A stretch of 64,000 nt of DNA from NCBI GenBank assembly GCA_003141315.1, contig PLLP01000006.1, positions 86,641 through 150,640 of the forward strand. The letters run 5' to 3'. Of this stretch, positions 8,823 to 16,059 are shown one piece after another. The DNA comes from Phycisphaerales bacterium. Its GTDB lineage: Bacteria > Planctomycetota > Phycisphaerae > Sedimentisphaerales > Anaerobacaceae. A program made the translations under genes and the position numbers. Positions within the stretch are counted from its first letter, which is position 1; each line of letters opens with the position of its first letter. The notes beneath the pieces were generated by a model. It did no database searches and was not told the DNA's origin. It saw only the letters and a program-made list of their open reading frames with translations.

Positions 8823-9941
8823 ATGGCCAAAGATTTTCATGCTGAGCCGTTTGACAGAGAAACAAAGCTGAAACTCGAGATATTTAGGGGATATATCAGG
8901 GAATGGCTGCCTGTGTTTCTTTCCAAAAGGACATTCAAAGCGATTACTTTATATGACTTTTTTGCTGGTCCCGGCAGGGACATAGAAGGTGAAAAGGGTT
9001 CGCCTCTTATAATAATTGATGAAGTGGAGGCGTATCTTAATAATCCGACAACGCCCAAGGCACAGGGCGTGGAAATCAAACTATATTTCAACGATGACGA
9101 CAAATCAAAGTACATAGTATTAAAAGAGGCGATTGAAAAAGAGGGGATAAAGGGATTTTTCAGTGTCGAGGTAGAAAACAAGGATTTTACTGCGGCCTTT
9201 AATGATAAGTTTTCTGCGATAGGCGCCGCCGATACAGCAAATCTTGTCATTCTCGACCAGAGCGGGATAAAACACATTACTCAGGACATATTCAAAAAAC
9301 TGATGGCCTGCCGTTCGACGGATATTTTGTTCTTTATATCGTCTGCTACGGTAAAGAGATTCGTGGGGGAAAATTGTATAGACCAATACCTGCCAAGTAT
9401 TTCCAAAGAGCAGATCGACAATCTCGATGCGGGTCATATTCATAGGTTTATATGTAATGAGTATTACCGAAAATTAGTGCCGACCGGAAAAGATTATTAT
9501 CTTTCGTCGTTTTCGATTAAGAAGGATTCGAACGTTTATGGGCTTATATTCGGCTCAGGAAGTTTATACGGTCTGGAAAAGTTTCTAAGGGTATGCTGGG
9601 CTATCGACCCAAAGACAGGCGAGGCAAACTATAATATTGATAAGGATGACTTCAGGGACGAAGAAAGCATGTTCAAGGAGCTCAATGTAATTCATAAAAA
9701 AGAAGAGTTCCAAAAAAATCTAACAGCCGAACTTAAGAAAAAGCCTATGACAAATAAAGAGCTTTACCGATATTGCCTTGAGAGCGGTTTTTTGCCGAAA
9801 CATGTAAATGAAATACTGAAGACCTTGCAGAAAAATGGTAAACTTATTGTTTCGCCAGAAGGTTCTAAGGGATTTTATATCGGCTGGGATTACTATAGCG
9901 ACAAGAAGGATAAAACGGTAACCTTAAGAGTGAAAGAATAG
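8823..9941 (+). CDS. Three-Cys-motif partner protein (TcmP-like), with a C-terminal winged-helix-like segment
   Basis: The N-terminal pattern (ETKLKLEIFRGYIREWLPVF, then LYDFFAGPG) matches my recollection of the TcmP family (TIGR04474). It sits immediately upstream of a Gp37/Gp68 gene, the defining context. AT-rich. Confidence 0.55.
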   Translation: MAKDFHAEPFDRETKLKLEIFRGYIREWLPVFLSKRTFKAITLYDFFAGPGRDIEGEKGSPLIIIDEVEAYLNNPTTPKAQGVEIKLYFNDDDKSKYIVLKEAIEKEGIKGFFSVEVENKDFTAAFNDKFSAIGAADTANLVILDQSGIKHITQDIFKKLMACRSTDILFFISSATVKRFVGENCIDQYLPSISKEQIDNLDAGHIHRFICNEYYRKLVPTGKDYYLSSFSIKKDSNVYGLIFGSGSLYGLEKFLRVCWAIDPKTGEANYNIDKDDFRDEESMFKELNVIHKKEEFQKNLTAELKKKPMTNKELYRYCLESGFLPKHVNEILKTLQKNGKLIVSPEGSKGFYIGWDYYSDKKDKTVTLRVKE

Positions 9942-9953
9942 AGGCCCCTTTAT

Positions 9954-10676
9954 ATGGGAAACACTAAAATAGAGTGGACAGAATCAACGTGGAATCCTGT
10001 TACAGGTTGCACAAAAATAAGTACAGGGTGCAAGAACTGCTATGCGGAACGTATGACAATTCGCCTTCACTCTATGGGACAGTATAATTATAGGAATGGT
10101 TTTAAGCCGACTTGTCATCCTCATACGCTTTCTTTGCCACTGAACTGGAAAAAGCCTCAGATGATTTTCGTAAATTCCATGAGCGATCTATTTCATGAGA
10201 AAATACCGGTTGATTTTATTCTCGACGTGTTTGATGTGATGAAAAAAACGCCTCATCACCAGTATCAGGTTCTTACCAAACGGGCGGAGCGACTTGCCTC
10301 GCTTTCAAAGATTCTCCCATGGAGAGAAAATATTTGGATGGGTGTGACTGTTGAGGCGGCTGATTACAAACACAGGATAGATTGTCTTAGACAAACAACC
10401 GCACATATAAAATTTCTATCTTTAGAGCCGTTATTGGGCGATCTTGGCGATTTAAACTTAGATGGCATTGATTGGGTTATTGTTGGTGGCGAGTCGGGAA
10501 CTGGAGCAAGGCCGATTAAACCCGAGTGGGTACGAAATGTACAGCATGAGTGCTGCTACCAAAACGTGGCTTTCTTCTTTAAGCAATGGGGCGGCGTAAA
10601 TAAAAAGAAAAATGGACGATCATTAGACGGACGCACATGGGATGATATGCCTCCTCAAGCACTGGCCTTTAAATGA
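9954..10676 (+). CDS. Phage Gp37/Gp68 family protein (DUF5131)
   Basis: TKIEWTESTWNPVTGCTKISTGCKNCYAERM N-terminus, LTKR, GESG and FFFKQWGG motifs, all typical of PF07505. Starts 12 nt after the preceding gene. Confidence 0.75.
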   Translation: MGNTKIEWTESTWNPVTGCTKISTGCKNCYAERMTIRLHSMGQYNYRNGFKPTCHPHTLSLPLNWKKPQMIFVNSMSDLFHEKIPVDFILDVFDVMKKTPHHQYQVLTKRAERLASLSKILPWRENIWMGVTVEAADYKHRIDCLRQTTAHIKFLSLEPLLGDLGDLNLDGIDWVIVGGESGTGARPIKPEWVRNVQHECCYQNVAFFFKQWGGVNKKKNGRSLDGRTWDDMPPQALAFK

Positions 10677-10767
10677 AGAAGCAACGGAAACTCGAAATTT
10701 GGGGTGATCCTCCACACGAATGGTCCGCTCCGCCTTCGGCGGACCTTCGGCATGGCGGATAAACGAA

Positions 10768-10804
10768 AAAATATACCGTCGCCGTGCCGGCGACGGCTAA
10801 ACAA
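10768..10804. repeat. 37-nt hairpin element (copy 1), 36/37 identical to 15846-15882
   Basis: aaaatataccgtcgccgtGccggcgacggctaaacaa. The 9-bp stem is ccgtcgccg/cggcgacgg. Confidence 0.9.
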
Positions 10805-10928
10805 GACCAGTAACAGCCCGGGAAATGCTGAAAATTGATGTAGAAAGGGGGTTTTTATGGGCGGTTTTGCGGGAAAAGGCGGCAAAACATAAAAATAAAA
10901 AAAAATTAAAAAATATTCAAAAAAAGTG

Positions 10929-10956
10929 TTGCAAAACCAGATTTCCGTGGTATAAT
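10929..10956 (+). promoter_or_regulatory. Near-consensus extended -10 sigma70 promoter with no downstream ORF
   Basis: TTGCAA (10929-10934), 16-nt spacer ending in TGG, TATAAT (10951-10956). Confidence 0.45.
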
Positions 10957-10962
10957 GAAGCA

Positions 10963-11085
10963 TCGAAATAAAGGTCTTTTCTTTTTTTAGTTTTGGTTTC
11001 GTAGAGGCAGCAATACTTTATAAAGCTGTATTCTTCAAAATTAACGGCTGTCTCCGGCCGGGGCAATTAAACCCCGGCTTTTTTA
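10963..11085 (+). ncRNA. Candidate small RNA of about 120 nt, bounded by an orphan promoter and an intrinsic terminator
   Basis: Promoter at 10929-10956. Terminator stem gccgggg/ccccggc (11057-11078) plus T6. No plausible ORF lies in between, and I recognise no RNA family. Confidence 0.3.
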
Positions 11086-11308
11086 TTGCGCATTTTTGCT
11101 ATTCCTACAATAAACCATCAGCCGAAATTTGCTTAAAGAGCGGGTTTTTTGTATAAAAAGGCAACAAACCAGCATACAATGCAGGAAATAAGCTGGAATA
11201 TTGCTGCAATCTGAAAATATTCCAAAAATAATGGAACAGCAGGGCTATTTTGCGCATCTTTAAGGTTGGTTTAAGGGCTCGCGTTCCGAAAGTATTAAGG
11301 ATGGGCAT

Positions 11309-11851
11309 TTGGAACAGGAAAGTGAATTACTAACGGCCCGGCTGGCGGCAGGTGAGCGGGCGGCGGCTGAAGAGCTCGTGAACAAGTACTATGAGAGAAT
11401 TTACCTGTTCTTCAGAAGGATGGGTCATAACCGCCAGACCAGCGAAGACCTAACGCAGGAATGCTTCCTGAAGGTTTGGCAGCATGTAGGCCAGTTGAAA
11501 TACAGCGGGCAGATTGGCAGCTGGTTATACAGAATTGCCGGCAATACTTCAAAATCATATTGGCGAAAGAACCGGCATTACGCGATTTTGGAATGCGATA
11601 TTGAAATACCGGATATAAAGCAGGATGGTTCGAATGCAGTGGAACACGCAGAGCAGCTTTGCAGGGTAAAGAACGCCGTGGCGGGGCTGCCGATGAAATA
11701 CAGGCAGGCTGTTGTGCTGCATTATCTTCAGCAGCTGACGATAATCGAATCGGCTGAGGCGATGGGTATCAGGGAAGGCACTTTCAAAAGCAGATTGAAC
11801 AGGGCGTTAAAGATATTACAGCAGGCTGTAGAAAAACCTGCGGATAGATAA
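11309..11851 (+). CDS. ECF (sigma-24 family) RNA polymerase sigma factor
   Basis: Region 2 (YYERIYLFFRRM...DLTQECFLKVW) and region 4 (YRQAVVLHYLQQLTIIESAEAMGIREGTFKSRLNRA). TTG start. Confidence 0.9.
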   Translation: MEQESELLTARLAAGERAAAEELVNKYYERIYLFFRRMGHNRQTSEDLTQECFLKVWQHVGQLKYSGQIGSWLYRIAGNTSKSYWRKNRHYAILECDIEIPDIKQDGSNAVEHAEQLCRVKNAVAGLPMKYRQAVVLHYLQQLTIIESAEAMGIREGTFKSRLNRALKILQQAVEKPADR

Positions 11852-11895
11852 CGACGAAATTAAAAAAAGTTTGTCAGAAAAATAGAGAGTTTGTT

Positions 11896-12432
11896 ATGGA
11901 AAAGGAAAAATTAGAAAATTTGTTAAGTGAGCTGTCTCAAAGGACAGCGGAACCTGCCAGGCCGGGACTGGCTGATAAAATCAAGGCCCGTATTCCGGAT
12001 AATCCGGCGGGCCATAAAGGCGGTTTCAATACCTTCAGGATTATTATCGATTTAAGGGTTGGCAGATTAGCCGTTGCTGCTGCCATACTCGTCACTTTGT
12101 CTTTGTTCATCGCCTTTTATGGCGGCAAAGGGCGCAGCGGCATCGCCTTTTTCCAGGATACAAAAGACCTTGTTCGGTATCTCTTCCGGGCCGATAAGAA
12201 CGCCCAGTTAGCCCACTTTGCAACAGGTCAATTTCTTCCAGAGCAGAACAGGGAATTTGTATACTATGGTGATTTTGCAAATTCTTCCGACCCTGATACG
12301 CTACTGATGCACTGGAAATTAGATGACGACAAGTACAGGGTGGTCTTCAGCAATTTTCGCTCTGAGGTTGTGACGGGCAACGACCTGATAAAGCTGCAGG
12401 CTAAGATGCTGAAAAAAATGGCTGCTAAATGA
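11896..12432 (+). CDS. Putative single-pass membrane anti-sigma factor
   Basis: Lies directly downstream of the ECF sigma gene. One TM helix (LAVAAAILVTLSLFIAFY) separates a short cytoplasmic N-terminus from an extracytoplasmic domain. Confidence 0.45.
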   Translation: MEKEKLENLLSELSQRTAEPARPGLADKIKARIPDNPAGHKGGFNTFRIIIDLRVGRLAVAAAILVTLSLFIAFYGGKGRSGIAFFQDTKDLVRYLFRADKNAQLAHFATGQFLPEQNREFVYYGDFANSSDPDTLLMHWKLDDDKYRVVFSNFRSEVVTGNDLIKLQAKMLKKMAAK

Positions 12433-12598
12433 TTTTTTGCGGGATTTTAAGGCTGTTTCTCATTGACATTTGAATATGTGTTTGTTAGAATGGGCTGTTT
12501 AGGAAAAATGTAAATACCCCTGTTCATCGGTGGTAATTTAAGTTTGAGTTTGAATTTCAGGTAAATTCTGACAATTTAATAATTAAAGGAGAATAATT

Positions 12599-13414
12599 AT
12601 GAAAAGGAAACACGGTTTTACACTTGTTGAGCTTCTGGTTGTAATAGCTGTAATAGCCCTGTTGATGTCAATCCTTATGCCGGTTTTGAGAAGGGCAAAC
12701 GACCAGGCAAAAAGAATCCTTTGCGCCAACCATATAAAAAACCAACTGATTGCAATGGTGATGTATGCGGATTCCCATAACTATAAGATTCCCGTTGGCG
12801 GCGGCTACTGGCCCTGGGATGTCGAGGCGACTGTGACGAACCAGATGCTGAAGAATATGGGTGTGGACTTGAGTTCATTACCATCAGCCACGGATATACC
12901 GGTAGAATTTTCAGTCAATTTTTATTGCCCTGCTAATGCCCAGCAGAGAAGATTCCGCGATCAAAACTGGAATTACACTGTAAATCTCATCACAGGGGCA
13001 GGCTTTCGTGTTCTCGGCTACGCCTATTTGTGGGCCGCGAACTGGAATGATAAGGGAAATATCACGACTTACCCAATTTACAAACAGGACAAAGGTGCTG
13101 ATAAAACTGACCCGGCTAAAAAATGGGTTACCAGAATGGATATGCCGCAAGCATCAGACGCTGAACTTATTGTGGATGCTACTTTAAGCGATCCGTCGTA
13201 TCCCATTGATAAATATCCCAATGGCAACTTTGCCATAGTAACGTGTGGCGGTAATGGCAATGACAGTACAAGCCACCTGATTGACGATACCAAGCCAGCC
13301 GGCGGTAATATTGGTTTTGCTGATAACCACGTTGAGTGGCGGCCTTTCACCGATATGAATAAAAGGTTCGTAGTCGGCGGCGGAACCGACGGATGCCCTC
13401 GTTGGTGGTGGTAA
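12599..13414 (+). CDS. Prepilin-type N-terminal cleavage/methylation protein of the DUF1559 type (type II secretion pseudopilin-like)
   Basis: KHGFTLVELLVVIAVIALL prepilin signal. C-terminal GGNIGFADNHVEWR resembles the H-X9-DG motif of DUF1559 proteins. Confidence 0.85.
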   Translation: MKRKHGFTLVELLVVIAVIALLMSILMPVLRRANDQAKRILCANHIKNQLIAMVMYADSHNYKIPVGGGYWPWDVEATVTNQMLKNMGVDLSSLPSATDIPVEFSVNFYCPANAQQRRFRDQNWNYTVNLITGAGFRVLGYAYLWAANWNDKGNITTYPIYKQDKGADKTDPAKKWVTRMDMPQASDAELIVDATLSDPSYPIDKYPNGNFAIVTCGGNGNDSTSHLIDDTKPAGGNIGFADNHVEWRPFTDMNKRFVVGGGTDGCPRWWW

Positions 13415-13442
13415 GATAAATCGTTTTTTTTGCTGTGAACAA

Positions 13443-13481
13443 ACAAAACCATATCTCCCAAAGGTATGGTTTTGTTTTTTT
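13443..13481 (+). terminator. Rho-independent terminator
   Basis: 11-bp stem acaaaaccata/tatggttttgt followed by T6. Confidence 0.6.
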
Positions 13482-13573
13482 AAAGGGTTTTCCCCGTTAG
13501 AAGCCACAGGGCTACCCGCAAGTTTGTAAATACCGACACAGACACAATTATAAAACACCGGCTTCTAACGGGA

Positions 13574-14545
13574 TTACAGGTTTTTGTTGAGTTCAATCAT
13601 TTTTGCGGCGGCATCGAGAATGTTTTTGCGTAATGCTTTTGGCGTCAGCACCTGCACCTGGTCGCCGTAGCCTAAAATCCACCAGGTTATCTCGCCGAGA
13701 CCGTCGACGCGAAACTCGACAATAGCGGAACCATCCGGGTTAAATGATACCTTTTGCGTGCTGTGCCACTGCACCTCCGCCACATTGCCCGCCACCTTAG
13801 GCAAAAATCGCAGCTTCACATTATGAATTTTTCCCTCGGGTATCATCGACCATGCCCTTCCGAGGTAATCAGCGGGGTCGAATTTACCGCCGTCAAGAAA
13901 ACATTTATCGAGTGTCTGCAAACTGGTGATTCTGTTGAGTTTGAATGTCCTTAAACTTTTATGCATAAGCGAATGCCCGACCACATACCATGCCCGCTGA
14001 TTATACATTAGATGATACGGGGCAAATTCAAGCTCTATGTTCTCGTTTTCGAAGAGGGAGTGATACTGGATTTTTACCTTGTGGCTGGTTTCGATGGCTT
14101 TCTGGAGCTGACCGAAAATTTTATCGAGGGCGCCTATCGGCGCCTGGGGATTAAGCCGGGCCGAAATACTGTTCAGCGAGCTGTTGCAGTATTGCCTTAT
14201 CCGGACGGGAAGGTTGTTTTCAATTTTCAATGCCGCCAGCAGGGCCGAGTTTTTGTATGGAATCTGCATCTGGCTGCTTACCTTATAGACCAGCAGGAGC
14301 AGGCTTAACGCCTCCTGAAGATTCAAATCTATCGGCGGCAGAAAAAACTGCGGGTCTATGGTGTAGCTGCAGCTTCGGCTATCGTAGCGATACGGGATAC
14401 CTATCAGCTGAAGCTCTTTTAAGTCGCGAAATACGGTTCTTCTGCTTGTGCCGAAGGTCGTTGCCAGCTCGTCTGCGGTGCAGCTCCTGCCGGCCTGCAG
14501 CGTTGTCAATATCTGCACAATCCTGCTTACTCTTGCGCTCTTCAT
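13574..14545 (-). CDS. HTH + WYL domain transcriptional regulator (YafY-like)
   Basis: N-terminal RIVQILTTLQAGRSCTADELATTFGTSRRTVFRDLKEL HTH; central YHLMYNQRAWYVVGH WYL-type core; C-terminal WCX-like region. Confidence 0.85.
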   Translation of the reverse strand: MKSARVSRIVQILTTLQAGRSCTADELATTFGTSRRTVFRDLKELQLIGIPYRYDSRSCSYTIDPQFFLPPIDLNLQEALSLLLLVYKVSSQMQIPYKNSALLAALKIENNLPVRIRQYCNSSLNSISARLNPQAPIGALDKIFGQLQKAIETSHKVKIQYHSLFENENIELEFAPYHLMYNQRAWYVVGHSLMHKSLRTFKLNRITSLQTLDKCFLDGGKFDPADYLGRAWSMIPEGKIHNVKLRFLPKVAGNVAEVQWHSTQKVSFNPDGSAIVEFRVDGLGEITWWILGYGDQVQVLTPKALRKNILDAAAKMIELNKNL

Positions 14546-15011
14546 TTGGACTTCCCCTTCTTCTAACGTTACGGATATTCTATAAAATCAACCGCATTAG
14601 CGCCAATTCTATTAAGAAAAACACCGGAATGCAATTATACCATAAATAATTATAAAATGCACTACAGAATACCAAAAACAGGTGTTGTATTCGTTCAATC
14701 CGTAATACTCCCTTCGGCAGGATAAATCCCCTTTTGCGGCTGAATTGCAGAATAAAAAAACTCTCGAAGTTGAAATTTGTGAGCAAATATGTTAAAAGCC
14801 ATTTCATAATTGTCTCCCCCGCGCACCTGTCGTGAGCTTGCCTGTGGTGAGTTCATTCGAACCGTCGAAGGAAGCGGGAGTCCAGATTGGCCTGTAGATT
14901 GTGGCACGGTCATCTTGGCCGTGCTTTAAGTAAGTTTATAGCACGGGCTGGAAGCCCGTGCCACGATAGGATGTTTTGTTTGGTAATATCAGAAAAAAGC
15001 GAGTAAAGCTG

Positions 15012-15878
15012 ATGGCACATAAAATAATAAGTAAATCGCAGTTAAGCGAAGACGTTTTTACGGCGGACGTCGAGGCTGGGCATATAGTGCGTGCAGCCAA
15101 AGCGGGCCAGTTCGTTATTATAAGCGTTAATAACGAGTTCGGCGAACGAATACCCCTGACGATTGCCGGGGTTAATCCGCAAAATGGAACTATAAAAATT
15201 ATCTGGCAGCGGGTAGGGAAAACGACTGCGCACCTTGCCGATTTAAAGGGGGGCGACTCAATAGCCGCGATTGTCGGGCCATTAGGGAGGCCGACACATA
15301 TCGAAAATTTCGGAGCAGTCGTCTGCGTCGGCGGAGGCATCGGTGCCGCCCCGCTTCTACCTATCGCAAAGGCTCTTAAAGAAGCGGGCAATAAAATCAC
15401 GGTAATTTTAGGCGCGAGAAGTAAATCCATCCTGATTCTGGAAGACGAATTCCGAAAGATAAGCGATGAGATAATAATTACGACCGATGACGGCTCTTAC
15501 GGCAGAAAGGGATTCGTAAGCGAAGCCCTGGCTGAGGTCTGCCGACGAACACCGAAACCGAATCAGGCCTTTGTCATCGGGCCGGCAATTATGATGAAGG
15601 TCTGCTGCGAAGTGACAAAAGAATTTGCGGTCCCGACGCAGGTATCGCTGAATACGATTATGGTGGACGGCACGGGTATGTGCGGCGGATGCAGAATCGA
15701 ATACGACGGCAAACCGAAATTTGTCTGCGTGGACGGCCCGGAATTTGACGGCCACAAGGTGAATTTCGATTTGATGATGAAAAGACTGGCCGCTTATAAA
15801 GAAATGGAAAAGACTTCTTACGAGCAATACAAAAAGCACGTTTGTAAAATATACCGTCGCCGTACCGGCGACGGCTAA
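15012..15878 (+). CDS. NfnA-like FAD/NAD(P)-binding, [2Fe-2S] subunit (sulfide/dihydroorotate dehydrogenase-like)
   Basis: RIPLTIAG, GPLG and VGGGIGAAP motifs, and C-terminal CGGCR...CVDGPEF. Paired with a GltD-like subunit. ATG at 15012 is preferred over TTG at 14976. The last 9 codons and the stop lie inside the hairpin repeat at 15846-15882. Confidence 0.85.
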   Translation: MAHKIISKSQLSEDVFTADVEAGHIVRAAKAGQFVIISVNNEFGERIPLTIAGVNPQNGTIKIIWQRVGKTTAHLADLKGGDSIAAIVGPLGRPTHIENFGAVVCVGGGIGAAPLLPIAKALKEAGNKITVILGARSKSILILEDEFRKISDEIIITTDDGSYGRKGFVSEALAEVCRRTPKPNQAFVIGPAIMMKVCCEVTKEFAVPTQVSLNTIMVDGTGMCGGCRIEYDGKPKFVCVDGPEFDGHKVNFDLMMKRLAAYKEMEKTSYEQYKKHVCKIYRRRTGDG

Positions 15879-15882
15879 ACAA
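15846..15882. repeat. 37-nt hairpin element (copy 2), forming the 3' end and stop codon of the nfnA-like CDS
   Basis: aaaatataccgtcgccgtAccggcgacggctaaacaa encodes ...IYRRRTGDG-stop. Confidence 0.9.
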
Positions 15883-16059
15883 CACCCCCGACCACAGGGG
15901 TCCCGCCGATGGCGGGCTAACCATAATAGGGAACAAGGCACAAAGAAAAATAAAATATCAAATATAAAAAAGGTAAAAAGGCGTGAAGGGTAAAAAAAGT
16001 GTGAAGGGTGTGAAAAAAGAAAATAACAAATTTCAAATATAAAATTCGTAATTTAAGAT

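Noticed and set aside
8823-10676. Prophage remnant, suggested by the 'phage Gp37/Gp68' family name
   Set aside because: No capsid, tail, terminase, integrase, lysis or repressor genes lie within 10 kb on either side. The pair looks like a stand-alone cassette.
10655-10963. 102-aa minus-strand ORF downstream of the DUF5131 gene
   Set aside because: It spans hairpin repeats and poly-A/T tracts, its start sits in a promoter-like AT box, and it overlaps the 3' end of a well-supported gene. It is spurious.
11100-11308. Autoregulated ECF promoter (GGAAC…CGT-type) upstream of the sigma factor gene
   Set aside because: A GGAAC at about 11232 has no convincing -10 partner at the right spacing. The evidence is too weak to annotate.
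14813-14882. Riboswitch-like three-stem element upstream of the nfnA-like gene (ctcccccgc…gcgggag closing helix, cacc/ggtg, ttcga-accg-tcgaa)
   Set aside because: It matches no riboswitch consensus I can recall. It contains the ctgtggtga word typical of the dispersed repeat modules and is directly followed by two other hairpin repeats, so a repeat element is more likely. An Infernal scan would settle it.
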